A DNA stretch of 64,000 nucleotides from Acidimicrobiia bacterium (GCA_036446035.1 JAZFSG010000046.1:5283-69282), one strand, 5' to 3'. Positions 1-10,039 are shown, counted from the stretch's first letter. Translations and numbers: made by a program. The notes: generated from the letters alone by a model not told the origin.

Positions 1-685
1 CGACGTCCACGGCACGGACTACTGCATCGGATTCTCGACCGCTGTGACCAGGGGCGTCGAATTCATTCACAACCTTCGCACGTCAACAGGCTCTCATGAA
101 CGAATCGCGGTCGTCGAGCTGTTCGGTCGCTACTCGGGCGAAACGTCGCTCGTCACCGCCTACTTGGCCGGCGTTGATCGGGCCATCATCTCCGAGGTGC
201 CCGTCGACATCGAGAGGCTGGCAGCCCTGCTGACGAGCGATCGTGACTCGAACCCATCGCACTACGCGATGATGACGATCTCCGAGGGCGCGGTCATCGA
301 AGGCGGCGACATGGCGCTTTCAGGTGAAGCCGACTCCTACGGCCATCGCAAGCTCGGCGGGATAGGGGACGAGGCCGGGCAGCTGATCAAACGACTGACC
401 GGGGTCGGAGTGATCATCCAACGCCTCGGCTATCTCATGCGCTCCGGTTCGCCCGATTCACTCGACCTCATGGTTGCCACCAACTATGCGGTCATGGCGG
501 CCGACCTTGCCGTCGAGGGGATGTCGGGGCGGATGGTCTCATTGCGGTCAGGGACCTATACCAATGTCCCGATCTCCGTCATCGGCGAGGGGGTCAAACG
601 AGTGGACGTCGATGAGCTCTACGACAGCGACGCCTACCGACCGAAGGTCCTTCATGTAGCCGGCAAGCCGATGTTCCTCTACTGA
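1..685 (+). CDS. 6-phosphofructokinase family protein, 5'-truncated at the window edge (C-terminal ~228 aa present)
   Basis: Frame 2 is open from the window start. The translation [15 protein letters not shown] matches the PFK (K)TIDND-GTD-T-GFDTA active-site block, followed by a GYLMRSG (GY-QRGG-like) motif. The stop TGA overlaps the next gene's ATG (TGATG). Confidence 0.75.
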   Translation, partial: DVHGTDYCIGFSTAVTRGVEFIHNLRTSTGSHERIAVVELFGRYSGETSLVTAYLAGVDRAIISEVPVDIERLAALLTSDRDSNPSHYAMMTISEGAVIEGGDMALSGEADSYGHRKLGGIGDEAGQLIKRLTGVGVIIQRLGYLMRSGSPDSLDLMVATNYAVMAADLAVEGMSGRMVSLRSGTYTNVPISVIGEGVKRVDVDELYDSDAYRPKVLHVAGKPMFLY

Positions 686-1722
686 TGGGAGCAGACAAGG
701 CGGTCATAGCGGTTCTCACGGCAGGTGGCGATTGCCCTGGCCTCAACGCTGTCATCCGCGCCGTCGTCCGCCGCGGCGTCGACGTTCACGATGCCGAAGT
801 GGTTGGCGTTCAGAACGGCTGGGATGGGTTGATGAAGAACGACCTTCGCCCGCTGCGCCGGGATGACGTCCGCGGCATCCTCCAGCAGGGCGGAACGATT
901 CTCGGGACCTCGCGTCGCGACCCCTACGAGCAGGGCGATGGCTACGCCAGCGTGCAGCGAACCGTTGAGCGCAACGGAATCGACACCGTCATCGTGATCG
1001 GTGGCGATGGCACGCTGCGCACCGCACTGCGGCTTGCAGACGAGGGATTGCGTGTCGTCGCCGTCCCCAAGACCATCGATAACGACATACCGGGCACCGA
1101 TATTACGTTCGGCTTCGACACCGCCGTCGAGATTGCGACAGAGGCCATCGATCGGATCACGACAACGGCCGAGGCTCACGAGCGCCTGATGGTCGTCGAG
1201 GTCATGGGACGCACGAGAGGCTGGATCGCAACGTGGGCGGGCATCGCCGCAGGCGCTGACGCCATCCTCATCCCTGAATTCGCCTATGACCTGGACGAGA
1301 TCGCCGAGATCATTCGGACACGGGTGCGGCGCGGCAGGACCTTCTCGATCGTTGTCGTCGCCGAGGGTGTGGAGCCGCCGCCCGGCCGTCAGCAGGAGAC
1401 GCAGCTCGACGCCTTTGGGTTCGAGCGCGTCGGCGGTGTCGCCTACCAGATCGCTCCCGAACTCGAGGAACGCACCGGCATCGAGACGCGCGTCACGGTT
1501 CTCGGATACGTCCAGCGAGGTGGTGTGCCATCGGCCTTCGATCGAGTGCTGGCGACACGCCTCGGAGTCAAGGCCGCCGACTTGGCGATCGAGGGCGTCA
1601 GCGGCGTCATGACGGCGCTGCGTGGACAAGAGATAGTTGCAGTTCCCCTCGAGGAGGCCTGCGCCGGCATCAAGAAGGTCCCCCCTGAGCTCTACGAGGT
1701 CGCCAACACCTTCTTCGGCTAG
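685..1722 (+). CDS. pfkA: 6-phosphofructokinase (ATP- or PPi-dependent, PFK-A family), 345 aa
   Basis: Canonical motifs are present: GLNAVIRAVV, VIVIGGDGTLRTA, PKTIDNDIPGTDITFGFDTAV, MGRTRG and LGYVQRGG. Confidence 0.9.
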   Translation: MGADKAVIAVLTAGGDCPGLNAVIRAVVRRGVDVHDAEVVGVQNGWDGLMKNDLRPLRRDDVRGILQQGGTILGTSRRDPYEQGDGYASVQRTVERNGIDTVIVIGGDGTLRTALRLADEGLRVVAVPKTIDNDIPGTDITFGFDTAVEIATEAIDRITTTAEAHERLMVVEVMGRTRGWIATWAGIAAGADAILIPEFAYDLDEIAEIIRTRVRRGRTFSIVVVAEGVEPPPGRQQETQLDAFGFERVGGVAYQIAPELEERTGIETRVTVLGYVQRGGVPSAFDRVLATRLGVKAADLAIEGVSGVMTALRGQEIVAVPLEEACAGIKKVPPELYEVANTFFG

Positions 1723-2627
1723 TTACCTAGCGCCGCCAGCGCCTGAGCCAGATCATCGGGCAGCTGTGCCCGGGCCGTTACCTCTCGTCCGCTCAGCGGG
1801 TGAGCGAACTCGAGGGACGAGGCATGAAGGAAGATACGGGGCACCGCGGGACCACCTCCCGATCCGTAGACGCGGTCTCCGCACACCGGGTGGCCGATCG
1901 AAGCTAGATGAACGCGGATCTGATGAGTCCGTCCCGTCTCGAGAGAGACGCTCAACAATGTCACGCCCGAGTAAGACGCGACGGCCTCGTAGTGGGTGAT
2001 CGCCTGCCGCCCGTCCACGGTGATTGTGAAGCGTGTCGGATCCCCCGGATCGCGCCCGAGCGGAGCATCGATCGTCCCTGTCGGGATCTCGAAAGCCCCC
2101 ACGACGAGTGCGGTGTAGGTGCGATGCACCCTGCGGGCCGCCAGGGCCTCCGTTAGCCCGGTGTGGGCCGCCGCCGTCTTCGCCACCAGCATCGCTCCGC
2201 TTGTGTCGCGATCAAGGCGATGGACTATCCCCCACCGATTGGGCTCGCCGACGCCCTCGATCTGAGGCCACCGCGCAAGGAGCCCAGCAGCCAGAGTTCC
2301 CGTCTGGTTCCCGGCACCGGGGTGTACCACCAGGCGCGGCGGCTTGTCGATGACGGCAAGGTCATCATCCTCGTAGAGGACGTCGAAATCGATCGACTCT
2401 GCTTGGAGCGTTGTCTGTTGCGGCAGCCGTGCGATCAGCTCGGCACCGGCGTTCACGTGGAAAGAAGGCGCAACGACCTCGCCATCGAAGGTGGCATCTC
2501 CGCCCTCCAACATCGATCTGGCGATGGAGCGGGAAACCGCCATCAGTTCGGCAACGGCCTTGTCTGCCCGCGCCCCGTTCAGGCGGTCGGGGACGACGGC
2601 TTCGATGGAGTCCTCAGTGATTCCCAC
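1719..2627 (-). CDS. rluD: RluA-family 23S rRNA pseudouridine synthase (RluD-like) with N-terminal S4 domain
   Basis: HRLDRDTSGAMLVAKT catalytic Asp motif and an S4-like N-terminus (VVPDRLNGARADKAVAELM). The ORF track extends it to 2873 with an Arg-rich leader; I placed the start at the GTG at 2627, the only canonical start before the S4 domain. That start overlaps the lspA 3' end by ~47 nt and is uncertain. The gene is convergent with pfk and the two stops share a CTAG. Confidence 0.75.
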   Translation of the reverse strand: MGITEDSIEAVVPDRLNGARADKAVAELMAVSRSIARSMLEGGDATFDGEVVAPSFHVNAGAELIARLPQQTTLQAESIDFDVLYEDDDLAVIDKPPRLVVHPGAGNQTGTLAAGLLARWPQIEGVGEPNRWGIVHRLDRDTSGAMLVAKTAAAHTGLTEALAARRVHRTYTALVVGAFEIPTGTIDAPLGRDPGDPTRFTITVDGRQAITHYEAVASYSGVTLLSVSLETGRTHQIRVHLASIGHPVCGDRVYGSGGGPAVPRIFLHASSLEFAHPLSGREVTARAQLPDDLAQALAALGN

Positions 2628-3016
2628 AGGACCAGCATGATGCCAATCACGATGGCTGAGTCGGCGGCATTGAAGTTCGGCCACGGCCCGACATCGATGA
2701 AGTCGACAACAAACCCGTCGGCTAGGCCGTCGCCTCGGAACAGTCGATCGAGCAGATTTCCCATCGCCCCTCCGAGCACGAGCCCGAGGGCAGTGAGTGT
2801 CAGGCGATCGATGCCGTGGCGGAGCGACACGAAGACGACGACCACCACGACGGCCGCCAGCAACGCCAGCCACGACCCGGCTCCGCGCAGCGACCCGAAA
2901 GCGGCACCCGAGTTCCGAGTTAGCTCGAACCGCACTGAATCACCGATGATGTTGACAGGTCCGTCGGCGAGGCTCTCGAGCGCCAACCACTTCGTGAGCT
3001 GATCTGCCACGACCAC
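2579..3016 (-). CDS. lspA: lipoprotein signal peptidase II
   Basis: NSGAAFG, FVVDFIDVGPWPNFNAADSAI and multiple TM helices match the LspA family. It has a GTG start. Confidence 0.85.
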   Translation of the reverse strand: MVVADQLTKWLALESLADGPVNIIGDSVRFELTRNSGAAFGSLRGAGSWLALLAAVVVVVVFVSLRHGIDRLTLTALGLVLGGAMGNLLDRLFRGDGLADGFVVDFIDVGPWPNFNAADSAIVIGIMLVLWESLRTPSKPSSPTA

Positions 3017-3062
3017 GGAGGTGGCGATGAGGAAGGCGACTGCGCGGGGATGTCCGATGGGC

Positions 3063-3434
3063 TCAGCGACTGGCTGCGCACGTGACGCAGGTGGTCGCGT
3101 ACGGAAGAACGTCGAGACGCTCTGTAGGAATGTCCGCTCCGCAGTGCTCGCAGACCCCGAACTGACGGCGCCGGATCCGGTCCTGGGCGTGTCTCACTTT
3201 GGCAAGCAGGTCTTCGGCGTTCTGAGCGATCGATAGTTCCTTCTCGAGTTCGAACGCCAGCGAGCCGCCCTCGGCCGTGTTGGGATCGGGGCTGCGATCA
3301 GAAGCCGCCTCGGAAAGCCGTACTTCCTCGCGCTCGGCTTCGAGGCCTTCGATCAAGGCTTCGAGCCGATCTTCCTCTTCGGCCAGCTTCTTCTTGTATT
3401 TGGCGACTGTTGATTTCGCCAGTTTGCGGGCCAT
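3063..3434 (-). CDS. TraR/DksA family C4-type zinc-finger protein
   Basis: Coiled-coil N-terminus plus a C-terminal CEHCGADIP...CVTC four-Cys finger typical of DksA/TraR. Confidence 0.8.
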   Translation of the reverse strand: MARKLAKSTVAKYKKKLAEEEDRLEALIEGLEAEREEVRLSEAASDRSPDPNTAEGGSLAFELEKELSIAQNAEDLLAKVRHAQDRIRRRQFGVCEHCGADIPTERLDVLPYATTCVTCAASR

Positions 3435-3544
3435 ATCGGACCTCCAAAGCCGGGGGAGGGTAGTACCTGTTGGACCGGCAGCGATGCAACATTGGTCGAG
3501 TCTTGCCTATTCCCCGTTAACCTCCCTGCACTGCTATGACGGGG

Positions 3545-3716
3545 TCTGCCTTTTGGCGGGAATCGCCCCGGAGCTGTGGGAAGAAGACCCGAAAGGGCTA
3601 GTAGAACCCGCCGATCTCCCCTCGATACGGGGTACTACGAGCGGCCGAGAAATCGGCAAGCCGGGTGGTACCGCGGGGCTCGCCTCGTCCCGGCCGAAAG
3701 GCCAAGACGAAAGCGC
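3545..3716 (+). promoter_or_regulatory. T-box leader (Ile-responsive, probably translational) upstream of ileS
   Basis: The conserved T-box sequence AGCCGGGTGGTACCGCGGGG lies at ~3659-3678, about 45 nt before the ileS ATG. Upstream hairpin-rich RNA includes GCCGAGAAATCGGC and gccgATCtcc, each carrying an ATC (Ile) codon as a candidate specifier. Actinobacterial ileS genes are known to carry short T-box leaders. Confidence 0.7.
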
Positions 3717-3719
3717 GAC

Positions 3720-6700
3720 ATGCCCCAAAAGTTCCCCTCACTCCCCCGAACGCCCGATCACGACGCGCTCGAACGGGAGCTGCTCGATCGTTGGGAAGCC
3801 GAAGACACCTTCGGCAAGCTGCGCCGCCAGATCGCGGGCGGACCGAAGTTCAGCTTCGTCGACGGCCCCGTCACGGCCAACAAGAAACTCGGCGTGCATA
3901 CCGCCTGGGGGCGGACCCTCAAAGACGTCTTTCAGCGCTACAAGGCCCTACGGGGTTATGACCAACGGTTCCAGAATGGGTTCGACTGCCAGGGGCTGTG
4001 GATCGAGGTCGGCGTCGAACAGGACCTTGGTCTCAACTCGAAGAAGGAGATCGAGGAGTACGGACTCGATCTGTTCGCTCGCAAATGCCGCGACAAGGTG
4101 GCCTGGGCCGTCGAGCAGCTGACCACAGGATCCAAACGGCTCGGCTACTGGATGGATTGGGGCAATGACTATCTCACGTTCTCCGACACCAACATCGACT
4201 ACATCTGGCGGTTCCTCAAGGCGATGGACGACAAGGGTTGGCTCTACCTGGGACACCGCAGTACCGAGTGGTGTCCCCGGTGCGGAACATCTCTGAGTCA
4301 GCACGAGATCTCTCAATCCGGCGTCTATCAGGAGAAGTCAGACCCATCGCTGTTCGTCCGGCTCCCCCTCGTTGATCGACCCGGGGAGTCCCTCGTTGTG
4401 TGGACCACGACGCCGTGGACCCTTCCCGCCAACGTCGCGGCGGCGGTACGCGCCGAAGCCGAATACGGGCGCAGGAGTAACGGGGATTGGGTGGCCATCG
4501 ACCGCTACCCCGAGGACGAATTCGCCGAGCGACTGACCGGCGCCCAGATGGAGGGATGGTCATACACGGGCCCCTTCGACCACCTGCCGGCCGCCGCCGA
4601 ACTGTCGCATCGCGTGGTCCTGTGGGACGAGGTAACGATGGATCAGGGCACTGGGATCGTCCACATCGCCCCAGGTTGTGGCGGCGAGGACTTCGAGCTC
4701 GGCCAGAAGCACGGACTTGCAGTGCTGACGCCGGTAGACGAGGCCGGTCGCTTCTACGACGCATACGGCGGGCTAGCGGGAAGACAGACGGGCGAGGCCG
4801 CCGACGACATCATCAGCGACCTAGCCGAGCGAGGACTGCTCGTCGAGTCGGCCGAGTATGTGCACCCCTATCCACATTGCTGGCGGTGCCAGACCCCGCT
4901 CATCTTCAGAGTTGCCGACGACTGGTACATATCCGTCGAAGATCTTCGTCAACCGCTGCTGGATGCCAACGCCACCGTCGAGTGGACGCCCGCCTACATG
5001 GGCAAGCTCATGGATGACTGGCTGAACAACATGGGCGACTGGAACATCTCACGACGGCGCTACTACGGCCTGCCGCTTCCCTTTTACCCGTGCAACGACT
5101 GCCAGCATGTGACCGTCATCGGTTCGAAAGCCGAGCTCGCCCAACGTGCCACCTCCGGCATGGAGCAGCTCGAAGAGTTGCACCGCCCGTGGGTCGACAA
5201 TGTCCTCATCAGCTGCGAGGCCTGCGGCGCCGAGGGCCTGACCAGAGTCGCCGAAGTCGGCGACGTCTGGCTCGACGCAGGCATCGTCCCGTTGTCAACG
5301 CTCGGCTGGAGCAACGAAGAGCGGATCGAAGGCGGCTACGGCACAGGCGCTGCCCATGGGCTGACAAATGCCGACCTCCCAGACAACGCATACTGGGAGG
5401 AGTGGTTTCCCGCGACCTGGGTCACTGAGATGCGGGAGCAGGTCAGGCTGTGGTTCTACTCACAGCTCTTCATGTCGGTCGCCATGGTCGGCAAGGCTCC
5501 TTTCAAGTCCGTGCTCGGATACGAGAAGATGCTCGACGAGACCGGCAGGGAGATGCACGGCTCCTGGGGGAACGTGATCGGCGCGACGGAAGCCTTCGAG
5601 AAGATGGGTGCAGACGTAATGCGTTGGCAGTTCTGTGCCCACCCGCCAGATCGGAACCTTCTCTTCGGGTATGGCAAGGCGCACCAGGTGCAGCGCAAGC
5701 TCCTAACCCTGTGGAACTCGGCGAAGTTCCTAATCGACTACGCCAACATCGAGGGTTTCCGCCCCACCTACGCCGACATCCACGCCCCACCCGAGGTCGC
5801 TACCAACGACATCGATCGGTGGCTGCTCGCCAGGATCGACCAACTGATCACCGAGGCGACGGTGGCGCTCGACGAGTTCAGGACCGATCGGCTGATCGTT
5901 GCCTTCGAGGGCTACATCGACGATCTGTCCAATTGGTACATCCGCCGCAACAGACGCCGCTTCTACGAATTGGACGAGGCGGCATTCCGGACACTGTGGA
6001 CTGGGATCACCCAAGCGCTGCGCGTCATCAGCCCCGTAATGCCTTTCCTGGCCGATCACCTGTGGAATGCGCTGGTCGGCAGCGCCTGTGAAGACGCCGA
6101 GCCATCGATTCATCTCGCCGGCTGGCCATCTCTTCCAACGACACTCAACACTGAGCTCCTCGAAGGGATGCGGATGGCACGGAACGTGGCCGAGGCGGGA
6201 CGACGGGCAAGATCCGACTCCAACCTCAAGCTGCGACAGCCCCTGCGACGCGCTGTCGTCCAGGGCGCCGAGGCCGCAAGGCCGTTCGCCGACCACATTC
6301 GTGAGGAGCTCCGCGTCAAGGAGCTGTCATTCGATCACGAGGCAACCATCGACGTCTCCTTCAAGCCCAATTTCGCGCTCCTTGGGCCGAGACTCGGCCC
6401 AAGGGTCAAGGATGTGGCCAAGGCGCTCGAGGATGGGAGTTACGAGATCGACGAGAGCGGCGTGATCACAGCAGCCGGGGAAACACTGAGCAGCGATGAG
6501 GTCATCCGCACCGAGCGCGTGACGCTCGAGGACTGGGCCGTTGCCAGCGATGGAGGCCTCAGCATCGCCATCGACCCCACTCTCGACGCCGAGCTAATAC
6601 TCGAGAGCAGGGCGCTGGATCTCATCAGGGAGGTCAACGAGCTCCGCAAAGCCGAGGGCTTGGCCCTCACCGATCGCATCGCGTTGATCGTTCCTGGGAG

Positions 6701-6809
6701 TGCAGCCGACCTCGTCGCGGCCCATCGCGAGTGGTTGGCTGCTGAGGTCCTAGCCGAGTCGGTCACGGTGGATGAAGCTGCCGAAGCTCCCCGCCTCGCT
6801 AACAGATGA
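3720..6809 (+). CDS. ileS: isoleucine--tRNA ligase (type 2, actinobacterial-type), 1029 aa
   Basis: Class-I aaRS editing and catalytic domains (PWTLPANVA, WCPRCGTSL zinc knuckle, GWDCQGL-like GFDCQGLWIE). I set the start at the ATG at 3720 (MPQKFPSLPRTPDHD) instead of the ORF-track GTG at 3576, because 3576-3719 is the T-box leader. Confidence 0.95.
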   Translation: MPQKFPSLPRTPDHDALERELLDRWEAEDTFGKLRRQIAGGPKFSFVDGPVTANKKLGVHTAWGRTLKDVFQRYKALRGYDQRFQNGFDCQGLWIEVGVEQDLGLNSKKEIEEYGLDLFARKCRDKVAWAVEQLTTGSKRLGYWMDWGNDYLTFSDTNIDYIWRFLKAMDDKGWLYLGHRSTEWCPRCGTSLSQHEISQSGVYQEKSDPSLFVRLPLVDRPGESLVVWTTTPWTLPANVAAAVRAEAEYGRRSNGDWVAIDRYPEDEFAERLTGAQMEGWSYTGPFDHLPAAAELSHRVVLWDEVTMDQGTGIVHIAPGCGGEDFELGQKHGLAVLTPVDEAGRFYDAYGGLAGRQTGEAADDIISDLAERGLLVESAEYVHPYPHCWRCQTPLIFRVADDWYISVEDLRQPLLDANATVEWTPAYMGKLMDDWLNNMGDWNISRRRYYGLPLPFYPCNDCQHVTVIGSKAELAQRATSGMEQLEELHRPWVDNVLISCEACGAEGLTRVAEVGDVWLDAGIVPLSTLGWSNEERIEGGYGTGAAHGLTNADLPDNAYWEEWFPATWVTEMREQVRLWFYSQLFMSVAMVGKAPFKSVLGYEKMLDETGREMHGSWGNVIGATEAFEKMGADVMRWQFCAHPPDRNLLFGYGKAHQVQRKLLTLWNSAKFLIDYANIEGFRPTYADIHAPPEVATNDIDRWLLARIDQLITEATVALDEFRTDRLIVAFEGYIDDLSNWYIRRNRRRFYELDEAAFRTLWTGITQALRVISPVMPFLADHLWNALVGSACEDAEPSIHLAGWPSLPTTLNTELLEGMRMARNVAEAGRRARSDSNLKLRQPLRRAVVQGAEAARPFADHIREELRVKELSFDHEATIDVSFKPNFALLGPRLGPRVKDVAKALEDGSYEIDESGVITAAGETLSSDEVIRTERVTLEDWAVASDGGLSIAIDPTLDAELILESRALDLIREVNELRKAEGLALTDRIALIVPGSAADLVAAHREWLAAEVLAESVTVDEAAEAPRLANR

Positions 6810-7062
6810 TGCTCTGCAGGATCCGCAGGCCGAGAATCAACACAAGCGGGCTGAGGTCCAGTTGCATGCCACCGGCGGGAAGCCCCGGAACGATGGACCG
6901 GATTGGACGAAGCACCGGATCTACGACCTTGCCCAGAGCCTGTTCGACCTTGCGAACAGGATGATCAAAACCCAGGCGGCCGAACTGGACGGCGATCTGG
7001 AGGATGATCCGGCCGAGCACCACGAGGATGTACAGCGTGATGAGATTGCAGATGAGATCCAA
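6799..7062 (-). CDS. YggT family membrane protein (dcw-cluster associated)
   Basis: An 87-aa two-TM protein in the conserved position downstream of sepF. The overlapping plus-strand 100-aa ORF (6772-7074) was rejected. Confidence 0.7.
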   Translation of the reverse strand: MDLICNLITLYILVVLGRIILQIAVQFGRLGFDHPVRKVEQALGKVVDPVLRPIRSIVPGLPAGGMQLDLSPLVLILGLRILQSIIC

Positions 7063-7070
7063 GGCGTGCC

Positions 7071-7634
7071 CTAGGAGACGTCGGCTGACTGGTACAGGCC
7101 GTACTCGGCGAGCCTGCGGCGCTCGTCTCTGGACACTGTGACGCGAGGCGGCGTCACCAAGATCACACCCTGAGCGACCTTGCGCATAGTTCCGTCCAAG
7201 GCATAGGTGAGGCCGCTGGCGAAGTCGACGAGGCGGCGCACCATCTCGGGCTCCGTTCCTCGTAGGTCAAGTACCACCGGCGTCTTGTCGCGTATGAGGT
7301 CGGCCAGGAGTTGGGCATCACTGAAGGCGCTGGCAACGATGATCTCTGTCTCTCCGCCGCCGGCGGGCGCTGCTGGGCGGGCGCCGCCTTCCTCTATGTA
7401 GACCCCGGCTTCGGCGAGCGTCGGCTCTGCCGCAATGCGGCGCCGTGCACGGGCCGGAGGCTCTACCCGTTCCCCCGGAATGATCGCCGTTGGCGCACCG
7501 ACGTGGCGAACGCCGCCGGACGGCGGCGCCTCGACCGCAACATCCGCGGTTACTGGAACTGACTCGCTGTCCGTGGTCTCGTCGTCATCGACAAGGCCCA
7601 GGTAGTAAAGGGTCTTCTGCCACACACCTGCCAT
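7071..7634 (-). CDS. sepF: cell division protein SepF
   Basis: GVWQKTLYYLGLVDDDE N-terminus and a conserved C-terminal SepF domain (PVVLDLRG...VLVTPPRVTV). The start was trimmed to MAGVWQ. Confidence 0.85.
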   Translation of the reverse strand: MAGVWQKTLYYLGLVDDDETTDSESVPVTADVAVEAPPSGGVRHVGAPTAIIPGERVEPPARARRRIAAEPTLAEAGVYIEEGGARPAAPAGGGETEIIVASAFSDAQLLADLIRDKTPVVLDLRGTEPEMVRRLVDFASGLTYALDGTMRKVAQGVILVTPPRVTVSRDERRRLAEYGLYQSADVS

Positions 7635-7647
7635 ATCGGTCCGTCCT

Positions 7648-8295
7648 TCACCGGTTGTCGGCGCCGCCAAAGATAGCCCGTCCGAGGCGGATCATCGTTG
7701 CTCCTTCGGCGATCGCCGCCTCGAAGTCCTCAGTCATGCCCATCGACAACTCCTTCACGTCGGGGTGGTGCTTTGCGGCCTCGTCGCGTAGCTCACGCAG
7801 AGCCCGGAAGAAAGGAACTGCTTGCTCGGCGTGGGAAACCCGAGGAGCCATTGCCATGAGTCCCCGAACTTCGACCCCGAGGCCAACGCACATATCGATG
7901 AAGTCGATCGCTGCCGCCGGTGCGACACCGTGCTTTTGGGGCTCCTCCCCGATGTTCACCTGGACCAGGGCTGGAGCGTTCCCCCATGCCCTCGCCAGGG
8001 ACTCGCGGTCTAGGGAGTGCAGAAGGGTCCCTCGCACCTTGGGCACCTTGTTGCGCTGCAGTGGCCCGACGAAGTGCCACGAGATGTCACTGGGAAGCTG
8101 CGGTGCCTTCTCGGCCAGCTCCTGGGCACGATTCTCACCGAACTGGCGATGCCCAGTCGCGTAGAGCTCCTCGATCTCGCCGACCGTTCGTCCCTTCGAG
8201 ATGGCTACCAGCATGATGTCCTCAGTCGACCGCCCAGCAGCGGACGCCGCCGCCGAGATTCGATCGAGGACCTCCCCTAGCGCGGAGGAAGCCAT
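7648..8295 (-). CDS. YggS family pyridoxal-phosphate homeostasis protein (PLPHP)
   Basis: AISKGRTV, FGENRAQEL and WHFVGPLQRNK are alanine-racemase-fold YggS motifs. The start was trimmed to [13 protein letters not shown] and may instead be further upstream. Confidence 0.85.
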   Translation of the reverse strand: MASSALGEVLDRISAAASAAGRSTEDIMLVAISKGRTVGEIEELYATGHRQFGENRAQELAEKAPQLPSDISWHFVGPLQRNKVPKVRGTLLHSLDRESLARAWGNAPALVQVNIGEEPQKHGVAPAAAIDFIDMCVGLGVEVRGLMAMAPRVSHAEQAVPFFRALRELRDEAAKHHPDVKELSMGMTEDFEAAIAEGATMIRLGRAIFGGADNR

Positions 8296-8906
8296 GCCAC
8301 CGCCACCTGTCGATCGATGGTCTCGTTGCGGCGAAACGAGTTGAAGCCTTCCCCACAACTGGTACAGGCGTCTGCGCTCCATGTTGCCAGGTCACCGAGT
8401 TGGTGTGCCGCCACGGCAGCAAGATCGACACTGACGGCCCCCTCCTTCGTCGTCCCCACGAAGCCATCGAAGCGTCCGGCGACGTCCTGGCCAACCTCGT
8501 AGCAGCATGGTCCGATGGCAGGTCCGATGGCTGCCCGTGTTACCTCGTCGCCATGCGCTGCGATGGCTCCGAGCGTTGATGGAATCACACCGGCATCCAG
8601 GCCACGCCATCCGGCATGTATGACGCCGGCGATGGCTGGCCCTTCGACGACGATAGGGACGCAGTCCGCAGTGGCGACCGTCATCGGCAAGCCGGCATGG
8701 CCTGAGTAGATGGCATCGGCCTCCCCCAGGTCTCCAGCTACCAGCGCCTCAACGGCCACCGACCCATGTACCTGCGATACGAAGGCCCAGTCGGACGAGA
8801 TCCCGAGCGCCTCCGACATCGCGAACCTGGCAGCCGCATTGTTGCGGGCATCGCCGTCGCCGGCATCGCCGAAGGCCGCCCCGTCGAACCCGTCCGGCCG
8901 GATCAT
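8277..8906 (-). CDS. pgeF: peptidoglycan editing factor PgeF (YfiH/DUF152 laccase-domain protein)
   Basis: VHGSVAV, ADCVPIV, HAGWRG and GPCCYEVG motifs. ATGA overlap with the ftsZ stop. Confidence 0.85.
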   Translation of the reverse strand: MIRPDGFDGAAFGDAGDGDARNNAAARFAMSEALGISSDWAFVSQVHGSVAVEALVAGDLGEADAIYSGHAGLPMTVATADCVPIVVEGPAIAGVIHAGWRGLDAGVIPSTLGAIAAHGDEVTRAAIGPAIGPCCYEVGQDVAGRFDGFVGTTKEGAVSVDLAAVAAHQLGDLATWSADACTSCGEGFNSFRRNETIDRQVAVAWLPPR

Positions 8907-9952
8907 CCCTCTACGAAATCGGGGATGTCGAGCGAGGAGTCGTCGCCGAAGTCGACGGGCGCTGCCGCCGGCTCGTAGCTCGGCGTCCAGCCGTCATCGC
9001 CACGGCCCCCCTCGAAGTCCGCGGCGATGACGGTGACGCGCACCTCATCGCCGAACGAGTCGTCGATAACGGCGCCGAAGATCACATTGGCGTCCGAGTC
9101 ACAGTGTTGAGCAACCGCCCCTGCGGCCTGATTCACCTCGAGAAGTGTTAGATCGGAAGGGCCTGCCACGGACAGCAGAACGCCGCGGGAACCCTCCATC
9201 GATGTCTCGAGGAGTGGAGACGCGATCGCCTTTTCGGCAGCCTGGAGCGCTCGCTGGTCTCCGCTGGATCGGCCAATGCCCATGACAGCCGAGCCAGCAT
9301 CTTGCATGATCGCCTTGACGTCTGCGAAATCGACGTTGATGAGCCCGGGAGTCGTGATGATGCTGGTGATTCCGGCCACGCCATCGGTGAGAACCTGGTC
9401 GGCGAGGTTGAAGGCCTCGACCACCGTTGTCGAAGGCTCGGCCACCTCCAGCAAGCGGTCGTTGGGAATGATGATGAGGGTGTCGACGGCAGCCTTGAGC
9501 CCATTGATCCCCTGCTCCGCCTGCACGGAGCGCCGCCTGCCCTCGAATCCGAATGGCCGGGTCACGACTCCAACCGTCAGCGCCCCGAGATCGCGGGCGA
9601 TCTGGGCGACGATAGGAGCGCCGCCGGTGCCGGTTCCGCCGCCCTCGCCGGCGGTGATGAAGACCATGTCGGCGCCCTTCAGGGCGTCCTCGATGTCGGC
9701 CCGATGCGCCTCTGCTGCGCTCTCCCCGACATCGGGGTCGGCCCCGGCACCGAGTCCCTTCGTGAGGTCTCGCCCGATATCGAGCTTGACGTCGGCGTCT
9801 GACATGAGCAGTGCTTGGGCGTCGGTGTTGATCGCAACGAACTCGACGCCACCGAGGCCGGCATCGATCATGCGGTTGACGGCGTTGACACCGCCCCCAC
9901 CGACACCAACAACTTTGATCACTGCGAGATATGTCTGGGGTCGTTCGCTCAT
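8903..9952 (-). CDS. ftsZ: cell division GTPase FtsZ (349 aa)
   Basis: [23 protein letters not shown] (tubulin signature) and a C-terminal DIPDFVEG peptide. Confidence 0.95.
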   Translation of the reverse strand: MSERPQTYLAVIKVVGVGGGGVNAVNRMIDAGLGGVEFVAINTDAQALLMSDADVKLDIGRDLTKGLGAGADPDVGESAAEAHRADIEDALKGADMVFITAGEGGGTGTGGAPIVAQIARDLGALTVGVVTRPFGFEGRRRSVQAEQGINGLKAAVDTLIIIPNDRLLEVAEPSTTVVEAFNLADQVLTDGVAGITSIITTPGLINVDFADVKAIMQDAGSAVMGIGRSSGDQRALQAAEKAIASPLLETSMEGSRGVLLSVAGPSDLTLLEVNQAAGAVAQHCDSDANVIFGAVIDDSFGDEVRVTVIAADFEGGRGDDGWTPSYEPAAAPVDFGDDSSLDIPDFVEG

Positions 9953-10039
9953 GACTCTCCGATCGACGAGGTCTTAGGTTAGACCAAAGGTAAAGCGCGA
10001 AAACCGGCTCTAGCATGAACCTTTGGTTGATAGTTAGGG

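Noticed and set aside
3576-3719. N-terminal 48 codons of the ORF-track ileS ORF
   Set aside because: The region contains the T-box element, and the encoded sequence is Arg-rich nonsense. IleS homology starts at the ATG at 3720.
6772-7074. 100-aa plus-strand ORF overlapping yggT
   Set aside because: It is antisense to a conserved two-TM YggT-family protein in the expected dcw-cluster position. The plus-strand product is acidic low-complexity with no family resemblance.
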